From Gammaproteobacteria bacterium (GTDB taxonomy: Bacteria; Pseudomonadota; Gammaproteobacteria; Ga0077536): 64,000 nt of DNA. Positions within the stretch are counted from its first letter, which is position 1. Every line of letters starts with the position of its first letter. The notes under the pieces were generated by a model. It was not told the origin of the DNA. It was given only the letters and a program-made list of their open reading frames with translations, and did no database searches. The translations under genes were made by a program, and so were the position numbers. Location: contig CAXXLL010000003.1 of NCBI GenBank assembly GCA_963662545.2, positions 2,496,001 to 2,560,000 of the forward strand, in the 5' to 3' direction. Shown here in pieces: positions 1-11,603 of this stretch.

Positions 1-124
1 TGCATCGCTGGCCGCCCTTCTTCGATTGCTGGGCTATTAGACAACTAGGCGAATTCCGGCGTCGAGCTCATGCTCGAACGGTTACCGTTAAATTCGGCAT
101 TGGCATCCGAGGGGGGAACTGCTC

Positions 125-1168
125 ATGAAACTTATCAACCGCCGCGGCTTTAGCCGCAAGGTCGCAGGACTAACGGCCGGCGCTCTGTCTTCGTCCACGA
201 TGCTGGCACAGGCTGCTGATACCGGTGTTGCAGCTGAAAGTAATCGGACGAGTAGCGAAAGCGTGGCTGGAAAGAAAATCCTCTGCGCGTTCGGCACCGA
301 CATAGATTCGGTTGCAGGCCAGATCGGATCATACGCCGGGGGCGACTCGCCGTCCGATATTCAGCGCGGCATCTTTGCCGGAGAGGTAGGCACGATCCGC
401 CTGCTGAAGCTTTTCAGGAAATACGATTTGAAGACTAGCTTCTTCATTCCGGGTCATTCCATCGAAACGTTTCCCGATGAGACGAAGCGTATCGTCGACG
501 AGGGCCACGAGATCGGCGCGCACGGTTACCTGCACGAGAATCCGATAGCCATGAACCCGACGCAGGAAGAGGCCGTGCTGGTGAAGTCAATCGAGCTCAT
601 CGAAAAGGTGAGTGGAAAGAGCCCGCGCGGATACGTCGCACCGTGGTGGGAGATGTCAGAGGCCACGGCAACGCTCCTGCTGAAGCACGGCTTCGTCTAC
701 GATCACAGCCAGGGCTACCGGGATTTTCAGCCGTTCTACGCGCGAGTGGGCGATTCGTGGAACGTGATCGACTACTCGAAGAGCGCGGGGGAGTGGATGA
801 GGCCACTCGAGCACGGCACGGAGATCGATCTCGTCGAGATCGGCGCGAACTGGTACGTCGACGATCTGCCACCGATGATGTTCATGAAGAAAGTGCCGAA
901 CAGCCACGGCTTCGTCAGCCCGCGGGATATCGAGCTCATGTGGCGCGACCAGTTCGACTGGGTCTATCGCGAGATGGACTATGCCGTCTTTCCGTTCACA
1001 ATCCATCCGGGTATCAGTGGCCGGCCACAGGTGCTGCTCATGCTCGAGCGCCTGATCGACTACATCAACGGGCACGAAGGTGTCGAGTGGGTGACCTTCG
1101 AGGACGTGGCGGCGGATTTCCGACGGCGATTTCCATTCGACGGGGAGAAGCGGCCGGAAGTGATCTGA
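125..1168 (+). CDS. Polysaccharide deacetylase family (PgdA/PuuE-like NodB domain) with Tat-like signal
   Basis: Motifs [35 protein letters not shown]; N-terminal NRRGFS..AQA; RBS GAGGGG upstream. Confidence 0.85.
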   Translation: MKLINRRGFSRKVAGLTAGALSSSTMLAQAADTGVAAESNRTSSESVAGKKILCAFGTDIDSVAGQIGSYAGGDSPSDIQRGIFAGEVGTIRLLKLFRKYDLKTSFFIPGHSIETFPDETKRIVDEGHEIGAHGYLHENPIAMNPTQEEAVLVKSIELIEKVSGKSPRGYVAPWWEMSEATATLLLKHGFVYDHSQGYRDFQPFYARVGDSWNVIDYSKSAGEWMRPLEHGTEIDLVEIGANWYVDDLPPMMFMKKVPNSHGFVSPRDIELMWRDQFDWVYREMDYAVFPFTIHPGISGRPQVLLMLERLIDYINGHEGVEWVTFEDVAADFRRRFPFDGEKRPEVI

Positions 1169-1254
1169 GCGGCTGTTATACGGCGCGTGACAAGAGATTC
1201 CAAGGATTCCGGGGACAGTTTACTCATCACTCCGTAACGCTACCTAACGACAAT

Positions 1255-1302
1255 TTGGGGTCAGAGTAAAAATTGTCATCAGAATCTTCATTCTGACCCC
1301 AA
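1255..1302. repeat. REP-like inverted repeat (TTGGGGTCAGA...TCTGACCCCAA)
   Basis: 11-bp perfect inverted repeat between convergent genes. Confidence 0.5.
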
Positions 1303-1341
1303 TTATTTTGCCAAATATTACACCGCGATTTCCGGACGTGC

Positions 1342-1982
1342 TTAGCGCTTCTTGCAGCTGATCGATAATCCAGCGCCGCTCGATTCATCAATTGTCGTGG
1401 CCAAATTCGGTTGGGCGTAGGCGTAATCCAGAAACGCCTGCATTCCGTCGAAACCCAGGTGCCGGACGTTGTGAGCCGTGAAACAGCCACCGACGTCGAG
1501 CTTCGGCAGGAGCACCTCCATATATCGCTTGTACCAACGCTTGTCGGCATCGCTGAATACGAAGTCAAATGGTCCCTCGAGCTGATAGACGAGCTCATGG
1601 GCATCGCCAAGCCTCGCATCGATGTAAGGTGCAACTCCGGCCTCTTTGAAATTCGCCAGTGCTTGGCGATGACGGCCTTCGTCAATTTCGATGGTTACGA
1701 GCCTGCCCCCGGTCTTGCTCAAGGCCCACGCGATCCAGATCGACGAATGCCCGGTTGAGGTGCCAATCTCCAATGCGCGTTGGAAATTATTCTCGACGAT
1801 CAGATCATGCAGCACGCGCCCGTCGCTCCATGGGATATTCCAACTCTGCCATTGGTCCCGGCGCGATTCGAGAAACTGGCCCACTCGCGTATCGAGAGCG
1901 GTCTCTTCAGCGCCCGCGCATATACTCACGACCAACGTGTTGACGAGGGCGAGTGCCGGGATTGACTTAACGAGAGTAGCAT
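1342..1982 (-). CDS. SAM-dependent O-methyltransferase (caffeoyl-CoA/YrrM-like), probably exported
   Basis: LEIGTSTGHS, FDFVFSDADK, GGCFTAHN motifs. Start uncertain: the ATG at 1982 after GGAGG is out of frame by one base, and the listed ORF runs to 2193 through the tRNA scar. Confidence 0.8.
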
Positions 1983-2160
1983 TTCGGAATATCGGTCTGT
2001 CCTCCCTGCGGCCCGAGTGAAAAAGGCATGTTGGGATGATTTCGATTTGGAAGGCGTCCTTAGACCCATACAGAAATACCCCAATCCCCAGCATATTATT
2101 AGACAACGCTCCACGAATTAGATACACCAATGTCTCTGTCGTCCCTAACTCATCGTGAAA

Positions 2161-2206
2161 TGGTGGCCAGGGACAGAATCGAACTGTCGACACAGGGATT
2201 TTCAGT
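2161..2206 (-). pseudogene. 3' half of tRNA-Phe(GAA); probable att-site scar
   Basis: Minus strand reads ACTGAAAATCCCTGTGTCGACAGTTCGATTCTGTCCCTGGCCACCA (anticodon loop, T arm, CCA); 5' half absent. Confidence 0.85.
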
Positions 2207-2624
2207 GATGCTCGGTCGAAATGCTGGAAAATGCTAGGTAATCAAATCAACGTGTTGGATTCAGATTCTTAACCCAGTGGATCACCTAAGTTCACGTTAA
2301 TTTATGGTGGTTTGGAAACAAATTGGAAACGAGTAGCGAAAGAACATGGGATTTATTTGTCCCAATTCGTGAATTGCCACTTTAGCCGCTCAACGGTATG
2401 CCTCCATTTCTGCGTGGTCGGCTGGCATACGGTGTTACCTCTACTATTGATCATGTACGCGATCAGACGAAGACCGAATAGGACATGGCCGTCTTGCAGA
2501 ACTCCTGGCTTAGAACGATATCGCGGTCAAGAGTCGATAAAAAAGAAGGTGCGCGGTCGAGATCTGCCAATGAACATTTGCATTAATCTCTAAGCAGTGC
2601 GTGGCTGAATTTCGGATCTCAAAA

Positions 2625-2754
2625 TCAAGGTTTCAAATTTATTGGGTTGAAGTGATGAGTGCCATCACGATGCAGCTGTTCGATTAATCCAAACTCCCAA
2701 TCGAGATATGCTTGCATCGCCTCCGGCGCTACGTCCATGCCCTCGTACGGCCGT
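2625..2754 (-). pseudogene. C-terminal remnant of multi-rhodanese sulfurtransferase
   Basis: RPYEG..EAMQAYLDWEFGLIEQLHRDGTHHF; cut at the IS91 oriIS end. Confidence 0.65.
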
Positions 2755-4620
2755 GTATAGATAGCATAAACCACGTGTTGTGTGGCTCGCAGCGGGCAGT
2801 CTTGCCTGATCGGCGTCGGTACCTGCCGTCGGCAGACCACGCCGGCTCGCCCATCAGCGTGCAGATTGGCATCTCGCGCCCCGAAACCGCCCAACGACGG
2901 CCTCGCCGACACACTTCTCCGCCTCCCGCCGGTTTCTCGCACAGACGACGTCTTTGCCGCGCCGCTGACGGCACAGCCCAGTTGAGGTCATCGTGGGGTT
3001 AGCCCGTGTCGTCGAACAGCCCCCGCAGCGGTGGCGCTCGGCACGGCGGTCGTCGGGTGGCTTCAGGCTCACCCCCTTTCACATCCAGATGGGTGAGGAT
3101 CTTCTCGATGACGTCCGGATCCTCGATGCACGCGATGATCCGCACCGCCCCGCCGCACGCCAGGCAGGTCTCGATGTCGATGCCGAAGACCCGCTTCAGG
3201 CGTTGTGCCCAAGTCATCGCAGCGCGGCGTTCGGCGGGCGTGGGCTCCTCCAGATCCGCTGTCGTGGCATGTTGGCCTCCCTTGCCCCGCTTGGCCGGTG
3301 TCACTTGCGCGCGATACTTGCTGTTCGGCGCGAAGACCCCGTGGAAGCGCGTGAGGTTCACCCGCGGCTTGGGCACCAGGGCGGCCAGGCGGGCGATGAA
3401 GTCGATCGGCTCGAATATGATATGCGTCGTGCCGTCACGGTACGGGGTCTTCAGCTGGTATCGGACGTTTCCATTCGGCGTGAGCGACAGTCGCTTTTCC
3501 GCGATCGCCGGCCGACTGATGTATCGACACAGCCGCTCAAGCTTCTGGCGTTCATCCGCCCGCGCCGCCACGCCGGCGTGCAGCGAGAATCCGGCGACCT
3601 TGCCCACCCCGTCATCGAACCGATCGTCGCAACCCGGCAGCGTCTGCAGTGTGAAAACCTTGCGGCCCCGATGTGGACCGAAGGCAATGCGGTACGTGAT
3701 CGACGAACCCAGCAGCTGTTCCATCGGGCCGGCCTCGAAGTCATCGCCGGCCAGGTAGCTGTTCTCCGCATCGCGCTCCAGTAACCCCTGTCGCTCAAGA
3801 TACCGGACGATGCGCCGCGCCAGGGTCTGGGTCAGCTGGGTGAGCTCAGCACTCGTTGGCGCCTTCACCCGGCGGAAGCGCAGTGAACCATCGCGACGCG
3901 CGACGTACACCCCGTCCAGGAACAGCATGTGGAAGTGGACGTTGAGGTTCAGGGCGCTACCAAAACGCTGGATCAAGGTGACCGCACCGGTCTGGGCCGT
4001 CTTACGGGAAAAGCCGGCCTCCTTGATTAGATGCGTGGCGATGCAGCGGTAGACGATGCCGAGCACCCCGCCCATGACCTCGGGGCGGCTCGCGAACAGG
4101 AAGCGTAACGGGTACGGAACACTCAGCACCCACTGGCGTACCGGCTGTTCGGGAAACACCTCGTCGACCAGCAGCGCCGCGCTCTCGGCCATGCGTCGGG
4201 CTCCGCAACTGGGGCAGAAACCGCGGCGTTTGCAGCTGAACGCCACCAGATGCTCGGCATGGCAACTGTCGCAACGCACCCGTAGGAAACCATGCTCGAG
4301 GCGGCCGCACGCGAGGTAGGCCTCGAACTCCTGCTCGACGTACGCCGGCAAAGTCGAACTCCGCGCCGCGAGATGCGCCTTGAGCGCCGGATAGTATTCT
4401 TCAGTGAGTTGATAAAGGAGGGTGCGCTCCGGGCGGTGGCGCGCGTAGACCGGCGCAGCAACGCCCGCACTGGCTTCCCTGCCAGCTCGCAATGGCAACA
4501 TGATCGCGTCCTTGCGAAGTCGTCTTGCGACGTAGCCTAACAGGCGCGGTCATCGCCGTCACCGGACACTCATGGGACACTTGACCACAACTAACAGGGA
4601 ATAATGGCGACAAGTGACAA
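2755..4620 (-). mobile_element. IS91/ISCR-family rolling-circle element
   Basis: Y2 transposase plus oriIS-like end GTGGTTTATGCTATCTATAC (minus strand, 2774-2755); the other boundary is approximate. Confidence 0.8.
2999..4501 (-). CDS. IS91-family transposase
   Basis: Zn-binding [16 protein letters not shown] (NVHFHML), [19 protein letters not shown]. Confidence 0.95.
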   Translation of the reverse strand: MLPLRAGREASAGVAAPVYARHRPERTLLYQLTEEYYPALKAHLAARSSTLPAYVEQEFEAYLACGRLEHGFLRVRCDSCHAEHLVAFSCKRRGFCPSCGARRMAESAALLVDEVFPEQPVRQWVLSVPYPLRFLFASRPEVMGGVLGIVYRCIATHLIKEAGFSRKTAQTGAVTLIQRFGSALNLNVHFHMLFLDGVYVARRDGSLRFRRVKAPTSAELTQLTQTLARRIVRYLERQGLLERDAENSYLAGDDFEAGPMEQLLGSSITYRIAFGPHRGRKVFTLQTLPGCDDRFDDGVGKVAGFSLHAGVAARADERQKLERLCRYISRPAIAEKRLSLTPNGNVRYQLKTPYRDGTTHIIFEPIDFIARLAALVPKPRVNLTRFHGVFAPNSKYRAQVTPAKRGKGGQHATTADLEEPTPAERRAAMTWAQRLKRVFGIDIETCLACGGAVRIIACIEDPDVIEKILTHLDVKGGEPEATRRPPCRAPPLRGLFDDTG

Positions 4621-4647
4621 CAAACGTAGATCGCTAAACCTCTGTTC

Positions 4648-5167
4648 GGTGTTGTCACATTAACCGGCGATTAGGCACAGTGACGGGATGAAAGCGCCCA
4701 ACAGTCAAAATCACCGCCACCGCTTCCCCTCGGAAATCATCCAATACGCCGTCTGGCTCTATCATCGCTTCAGTTTAAGCCTGCGTGATATCGAAGATTT
4801 GCTCGCGGAGCGAGGGATCGAGGTGTCCCATGAGACAGTTCGTCGCTGGTGCACGAAGTTTGGAACCAGATATGCATCCCGGTTAAGAAAACGCAGCAAC
4901 GGATATGGCGGTACCTGGTACATCGATGAGGTGTTCGTCCGGATTGAGGGCAAGCAACGATATCTATACAGAGCCGTCGACCAGGACGGGGACGTCATTG
5001 ATATTCTTGTGCAAAAGAAGCGTGATGCTCGCTCAGCAAAGAAATTCTTCCGCAGGCTAGTTAAGCGGCATGGGGGGACACCAAGGGTACTCGTCACCGA
5101 TAAATTGAGAAGCTATCCACCTGCCGCTAAAGACGTCATGCCCGACTCAACTCACCTCACTGAGCAA
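4648..5167 (+). mobile_element. IS6-family element, 3'-truncated
   Basis: GGTGTTGTCAC end; HRFP.EIIQYAVWLY, WYIDEVFV, YRAVDQDG, VTDKLRSY; homology stops at ~THLTEQ. Confidence 0.85.
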
Positions 5168-5169
5168 GC

Positions 5170-6186
5170 CGACGTGTTCGTCCACACCACATCTTCGAGC
5201 CGGAGGCGGCGATCGCGGAGCTACCGGAGCTCGCCGCCGCCGGCCAGCCGTCGATCAAGGTCTTCATGCCGTTCGAGCCGTTCGACGCGGAGATGCCCGG
5301 TTTCCTGCGACTCCTGCGTGGCGCGCGAGACGCGGGAATCCTCGTCGCGATCCACTGCGATGACGCGGCCGCGCTCGAGTTCGCGGCGCAGGAGCTGACG
5401 GGCGCCGGCAAGACCTCGCTCGCACACTACCCAGAGAGCCGCCCCATCATCTCCGAGGTCGTCGCGACGGAACGTGCCCTGGCGATGGCGGAGATCACGG
5501 GGGCGCCGATCTACATCGTCCACCTGTCGGCCGCCAGGGCCCTCGCGGCGGCCGAGGCGGCGCGGTCGCGGTTTCCTGTGTTCGTCGAGACGCGTCCCCT
5601 GTACCTCCACTTCACGGAGGCGAACTACCGCCGGGCCGACGGAGCACTCTTCGTCGGAATGCCACCGATTCGAGGAGCGGACGATCGGGAGGCCATGTGG
5701 GAGGGGCTCGCACGCGGGGCAATCGCCACGCTTGCCACCGACCACGCTCCTTGGACCCGCGAGGAAAAGCTCGACCCGCAACAGACCATCACTTCATTTC
5801 GCCCCGGCGTGAACAATCTCCAGGTAATGCTGCCCATGCTCTTCTCCGAAGGAGTCCACGGGGGAAAGATCTCGCTGCAACGCTTCGTCGAGGTGTCCTC
5901 CACCAACGCGGCAAAGCTCTTCGGGCTATACCCTCGCAAGGGCACCATCGCGCCCGGTTCCGACGCCGACCTCGTGATTTGGGATCCGGACGAGAGAAGA
6001 ACCATCGCCGACTCGGACGTCCTCTCGAAGACCGGGTTCTCGATCTACGCCGGGACGGAGGTCACCGGGTGGCCGCAGATCACGATTCGGCGGGGCGAGG
6101 TGGTCTACGAGGGAGGAGAAGTCGACGCCGAGAAGGGCTCAGGTCGGATCATCTCGCGTTCTCGATTCAAGATCCCTGTCGGTTAG
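5170..6186 (+). pseudogene. Dihydropyrimidinase/hydantoinase-family amidohydrolase, 5'-truncated
   Basis: IHCDD, IYIVHLS, VETRPLYL, ATDHAPW, STNAAKLFGLYPRKG.IAPGSDADLVIWD; N-terminal HxH region missing, abuts IS6. Confidence 0.85.
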
Positions 6187-6443
6187 ACAGCCGCCAAGTA
6201 CGAGCCGCTCGGCGAGGCAGAATTGCTGAGCCCCGATTCGCCGAATCCGATAGGGTGGATCGATGGGTCGTCAGGGGATCTACCGCTATCTGTTCCTCAG
6301 CAGCGCGCTGGTGGCGCTAGCGGGGCTGCTCGGTTTGCAAGTTCCCGACCCCTCGCTCGTCGGGATCACCGAGGAGCCGTCCCGGATTCTGTTCTACGCG
6401 CTTTCGGCGGTACTGCTGTTGCTCGGGGGACTGACGGCGTCCT

Positions 6444-6811
6444 TCAGCGGGTCGCTCTTGTGGCTAGCCCGTCGGCGTTCCGGCCCGAGAGCAGACCGAG
6501 CCATGCTGATCCTTGCCAGCGCCGTGGACGGCGCCCGCAGCTTCGTAGAGGTACCCCGGGGGCCGTGAAGGTTCCGCCGCCCGTCGTCTCTTGGATGACG
6601 CCTTCGAATACGTAGCCCTCCGCTGGGCCGTGGTGCACGTGCGGCGCAAACGTGGATCCCGCCGGACACCGAAACAGAACCGTCCACGAGCCAATCTCTG
6701 GCGAAACGTGCAGCAGTTTCCACTGCACGCCCCCCGTCTGAAATTCCTCGGGGAAATCCTCCCACTCGATCAGGTCGGTCTGCAGGAACTCGCCCTGCAC
6801 TCTGCTCTTCA
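6444..6811 (-). pseudogene. Cupin (ChrR/DAD-like), frameshifted paralog of 21618..22064
   Basis: WKLLHVSPEIGSWTV.FRCPAGSTFAPHVHHGPAEGY shared with 21618; GYLYEAAGAVH continues in another frame after ~6555. Confidence 0.75.
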
Positions 6812-6949
6812 TTGCGCTTGACTCCTCGGATTTTGGGTGGGTTAGCAGTCGCGGCCCTAGCCGGTCTAACCACGCGCCGGATAAGGGTACCACCAGCTCT
6901 AGATCGCGCGTGGCGCGGTAGCGCTTCTCGGGAAAGCCGGTACGTGAGT

Positions 6950-7030
6950 CGCGCCCCGGCCCACAGACCAATCGATAGGACGGGAAGGGCCATTGTCAGA
7001 ACCCGAAAAAACCTCTTAAACTCCCTATCC
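6950..7030 (+). repeat. Direct repeat copy 1 (oriIS-like end) before hydrolase
   Basis: ~80 bp, near-identical to 7921-8000; ends ..CCCTATCC. Confidence 0.8.
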
Positions 7031-7057
7031 GCGTGTCGCCAAACGAAGGAGAGCATC

Positions 7058-7888
7058 ATGCCCAAGGTCGAGGCCAACGGGATCAACATCTATTACGAGT
7101 TCATGGGCGAGGGCGAGCCGCTCGCTCTGATCGGCGGCTCGCTCTTCGGGCGGCAGAATTTCGGCTTGGTCTGGGAAGGGCTCGCCAAGGAGTTCAAGCT
7201 GATTAGCTACGATCAGCGGGGCTACGGTCAATCGGATCGCCCGCTCATGCAGTATGACCTCGATCTCTGGGCGGACGATCTGGCGGCACTCCTCGATGCG
7301 CTCGACATCGATCGGGCCCATGTCATGGGCACCTCCGCAGGCGGCATGATCGCGCTCAAATTCGCGGCGAAATATCCGGATCGCTGCATCGGCGTGGTCA
7401 GCGATTGCGCTTTCGCGAAGTGCGACACCATGCGGCGGATCATGTTCCGCACCTGGCGCCATATGGCCCAGACCTGGGGTTGCGGGCCGGAGTTCGCCGA
7501 TCATGTCGTGACTCAGGCGGTCGGTGCCGACTATCTCGATGGCCCGGAAGGGCCCGGCCTGATCGAGATGGTGCGCACGGTGGTCGGGCTCAACTCGGTC
7601 GAGACGGTGGTACAGGCCTGCCTGGCAATGGAGAAAATGGACCTCCGCGAGGACTGCAAGAAGATCAAGAATCCGACGCTTGTGATCACCGCGGCCAAGG
7701 ACATGCTAACCCCGATCCACACCGGCCCGGACGGCGCCGGCGCGCAATGGGTGGTCGACAACGTCCCGGGCTGCGAGGTGATCGTCTACGAGGACATCGG
7801 CCACGCGGACTTGGTGGAGTGTCCGGACAAAACCATCGCGTCGACCATCAAATTCCTGCGCGGCGCGAGGAACAAGCTCGCGGCATAG
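7058..7888 (+). CDS. Alpha/beta fold hydrolase
   Basis: RBS AAGGAG; MPKVEANGINIYYE, YDQRGYGQS, GTSAGG nucleophile, C-terminal GH. Confidence 0.9.
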   Translation: MPKVEANGINIYYEFMGEGEPLALIGGSLFGRQNFGLVWEGLAKEFKLISYDQRGYGQSDRPLMQYDLDLWADDLAALLDALDIDRAHVMGTSAGGMIALKFAAKYPDRCIGVVSDCAFAKCDTMRRIMFRTWRHMAQTWGCGPEFADHVVTQAVGADYLDGPEGPGLIEMVRTVVGLNSVETVVQACLAMEKMDLREDCKKIKNPTLVITAAKDMLTPIHTGPDGAGAQWVVDNVPGCEVIVYEDIGHADLVECPDKTIASTIKFLRGARNKLAA

Positions 7889-7920
7889 TCCAGCTCGGCA
7901 TGGCTGTGCTAGATAAGGGC

Positions 7921-8000
7921 CGCGCCCCGGCCCTCAGACCAATCGATGGGACGGGAAGGGCCATTGTCAGAACCGAAAGAACCTCTTGAATGCCCTATCC
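7921..8000 (+). repeat. Direct repeat copy 2 (oriIS-like end) after hydrolase
   Basis: See copy 1. Confidence 0.8.
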
Positions 8001-8359
8001 TCGCGTGACTGCGCTCGATACTTCCTCGACCGTATTCTGGCGCCCGCGCTCCGAGGCTCTTGGAATCTCACCAGGGACTCGAGGTACGCGGGAGTCGGAT
8101 TCGCGGCTGTTTGAACTCTCACGGGGTGAGGCGGACATTGCGGTTCGAACTGCACAGCCGAACCACCCGGGATGGTCGCCCGATCCATGGCATTCAGCCC
8201 ACCGTTTTGTGTCAGGCGGTCGGTCAGACCTGGTCGGATCACCTTCCGTTGATTGCGCTGGGGAGTGCGGCAGAAGCAGTGATCAGCCATCGGATGATAT
8301 TACTCCGGGCATCCTGCCCTCTGCCCTTCGGGCCAGCCTTTGGCTGTTCAAAATCGCTC

Positions 8360-9146
8360 CCGACGATTTTGTCGAGCCGCTGGACTTCATCGCCAGACTC
8401 GTCGCGCGGGTGCCCAAGCCCCGGGTTAACCTAACCCGCTTCCACGCCGCCAGGTAATCTACTTGGGCCCCCAACAGCGCGCATCGTGCGCGGGTGACGC
8501 CTTCCAAGCGCGGCCAGGGCAACACCGCGGGCGCGTCGCATGCGACGGAAAACACCACCCCCGCTGGACGCCGGGTAGCCATGAGCTTTAAGCGCAACGC
8601 CTCAAACGCGTGTTCAACATTGATATTGACAAATCGGCAGGAAAGCCGATTTGCACAGTCGTAGACTGCCGCGAAGCGGGCGGGCACAGGGATGTGCCCG
8701 ATGAGACCTGCAAGCGCTGCCGCGGCCACGTCAAGATCATCGCTTGCATTGAAGACCCTGTGGTGATCGAGAACATACTGACCCACCTGGCACGCAAAGA
8801 CGCTTGCCATGCCGCCCGACGTTGACCACCGTCTCGGGCGCCACCCCAGGCCAGCTTGTTTGCCGGATAGACGTGCAACCACGCGAGTAAGACCAGCGGC
8901 TGCCACCGCGAGGACGCAGCACGAGTGCATGGATCCAAGCGGTAGCGCAACGCATGCAGCGGTTGCCGAGGGTCGCCGTCGTGCCACCGGTCGGAACCGT
9001 CGAAACATTGCCCTGAAGTGCGCGATCTCTCCGGGCTCAAGCGCGCATTTCAGGCCAGCACCGCGTCGAAACGCCGGTTGACCACAGTTTGATGGTATGA
9101 CGATACTCAATGCCATCGCGGGAAAGGGCATTTGTTCGTCTTATAC
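8360..9146 (+). pseudogene. Degenerate IS91 transposase 3' part with oriIS-like end
   Basis: [41 protein letters not shown]; ends GGGCATTTGTTCGTCTTATAC. Confidence 0.8.
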
Positions 9147-9420
9147 TTCGTCGAACGCTTCACGGTGATCGGTGAAGGGACGCAGCTCAAATACGATATT
9201 GAGATATCGGACCCGGTGAATCTGGCGGAGCCGGTCTCGGCGGAGGCCTACGTCGTTTGGGAAACGTTACCCGGAATCACTGTCCAGCCGTTCGAATGCG
9301 CAGCGTGAACGCCAGAGTACTCACAATCGGTGCAGGCGCGAGTGGACTCGTCCTCGGGTAAATGCACCGAGTAACTCCGCCCGCTAGAATCGGCCCCTGG
9401 AGAACGGAGGATAGCGGCTA

Positions 9421-9882
9421 ATGGCGTTCACATTGAATATCAACGGCACCGCCCATGAGGTCGATGCCGAGCCCGAGACACCCCTGTTGTGGGTGTTGCG
9501 TGACAATATCGGTCTGACGGGCACGAAGTTCGGCTGTGGCATCGCCCAGTGCGGTACCTGCACGGTACTTATCGACGGTCAGCCCGTGCGGGCCTGCGCG
9601 ACGACGGCGGCAAGCGCGGTCGGGCGCCTGATCACCACGATCGAGGGTCTGTCGGACGACAACAGCCATCCGATTCAGCAGGCCTGGATCGAGGACACGG
9701 TGCCACAGTGCGGCTACTGCCAGTCGGGACAGATCATGTCGGCCGCGGCACTTCTGGAGCGGACGCCCGATCCGACCGACAGCGAGATCGACTCCGCGAT
9801 GGCTGGCAATCTCTGTCGCTGCGGCACTTACAACCGAATCCGGCGGGCGATCCATCGCGCCGCCGAGATCGCGAAGAGCTGA
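9421..9882 (+). CDS. iorA: (2Fe-2S) small subunit, isoquinoline 1-oxidoreductase/aldehyde oxidoreductase family
   Basis: [35 protein letters not shown]. Confidence 0.9.
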   Translation: MAFTLNINGTAHEVDAEPETPLLWVLRDNIGLTGTKFGCGIAQCGTCTVLIDGQPVRACATTAASAVGRLITTIEGLSDDNSHPIQQAWIEDTVPQCGYCQSGQIMSAAALLERTPDPTDSEIDSAMAGNLCRCGTYNRIRRAIHRAAEIAKS

Positions 9883-9893
9883 GGGGGACGACC

Positions 9894-11489
9894 ATGATAG
9901 ACATGGAAATGAAACTGTCCCGCCGAACCCTGATTCGCACAATGGCGGGTGCCGCCGGAGGCATGCTGCTCGGTTTTCGCATTCCCGGTGCCTTTGCCGC
10001 GGTGGTAGCACCGAAGCCGTGGACGACGCCAACGGAAGGTGACGAGATCAACGCGTGGCTCGCGATCGATTCAGACGGTACGGTGACGATCCGTGTCCCA
10101 CACACGGAGCAGGGCCAGGGTGCCCTGACATCCGTCTCGATGATGATCGCCGAGGAGCTCGATGTCCCCTGGGAGAGCGTCCAGGCGGTTTTCGCGGACA
10201 TGAACCGCCATGTCAACGAGGGCGAGGAATATATCGTCACGACCACTTACGGCTCGCAGCTCATCCGTCAGCAGCACCCGCACATCATGCAGGCGGGGGC
10301 GTCCGCGCGTGAGCGACTGAAGGCGGCTGCGGCGCAAGCCTGGGGCGTCGAGCGATCCGCCGTGGTCGCGAAGCAAGGCATGCTCAGCGCCGGCAACCGC
10401 AGCGCCAGCTATGCGGATTTCGCCGGTGCCGCGGCCGAGATCACATTGGATCAGGAACCGGCGATCAAGCCGCCGGCTGAGTGGTGGCTCCTGGGTAAGC
10501 CAACACCGCGTCTCGACGCGGCCGTGAAGGCCAACGGCAGTGCGCATTTTTCCATCGATGCCCGACTCGAGGGGATGGTGTATGCGGCCGTGAAGAGCTG
10601 CCCCGTCCCGTGGGGCGGGCTCGAGCGCTACGACTTCAGCGCGATCGAGGATCGGCCCGGCGTCATTGCCGCCGTAGAGCTGAAAGCGATCGAAGGGAGG
10701 GATCACTTTTCCGACATGCAGAACGGCGTCGCCGTCGTGGCGGACACCTGGTATCGGGCCAAGACCGCGCTCGATCTGTTGCCCATCGAGTGGGAAGTCG
10801 GCACTGACGGCCAGGTCAGCAACGAGACACAGGCTGCGGAAGCCAGCAGGCTTCTGGAAGAAACGGGCGAGGTCAGCAATGAGGTCGGTGGCGACGCCAC
10901 CGGGATGATTGCCGCATCCGACCGCACGGTCACCGCCGAGTATCACCGGCCGTGGGAAACCCATGCGCGCATGGAGCCCATCAACGCCACGGTCAGCGTC
11001 ACGAACGAGCGGGTCGACGTGTGGTCGCCGGCCCAGGATCAGGCCGTACCGCTGAAGGTCGTGGCCGACCAGCTCGGCCGTGACACCAGGGACGTCTATG
11101 TCCACACAGGGTTTATCGGCGGTGCATTCGGCGGCAATGGCGGCGGCTCCACGGCCGTGACGCGGCAGGCCGCGGAGATTTCGCGCCAGGTCGGTCGTCC
11201 TGTCAAGGTGGTCTGGACGCGTGAAGAAGACGTCATGCAGGACAAGCAGCGACCGCCGGTCTACACGCGGCTTGCCGCCTCGCTTGGTGACAACGGCCTG
11301 CCGGACGCGTTCTTCTCGCGGGCAGTGTGGTTCAACTATGGTGGCGTGGAGCGCATCGGTCCCGCCACGGCGGACTACTCGATCGGCACGATGCCCTACG
11401 CCGTGCCGAACAGGCGGCACGAGCGTCACAATGTCGCTGCCCACATCCCGACGGCGACCCATCGTGCGCCGGGCTCGAATCAGAACGGG
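9894..11489 (+). pseudogene. iorB: Molybdopterin large subunit (IorB-like), truncated by IS21
   Basis: Tat-like LSRR, EQGQG, HARMEP.NAT, GGAFGG, VKVVWTREED; ends at RAPGSNQNG where IS21 begins. Confidence 0.85.
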
Positions 11490-11603
11490 TGAGAACGGCG
11501 GTGACAAATTAGTCCACGGAAGCGGCGGGATTTCCCAGCCGCGGGCGGAGTAAAACTCTGCCACCTGTAGCCTTCGATCTTTTTTGAGATGGAAGGCGGG
11601 AGG

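Noticed and set aside
4688-5398. IS6 transposase with Ser/Arg-rich tail as a novel fusion
   Set aside because: The tail is out-of-frame read-through into the truncated hydantoinase.
9549-9893. N-terminal extension of the 647-aa ORF
   Set aside because: Overlaps iorA in another frame; the real start is 9894 after the GAGGGG RBS.
10071-11564. 497-aa minus-strand ORF and similar long antisense ORFs
   Set aside because: Shadow ORFs of GC-rich genes with no recognisable motifs.
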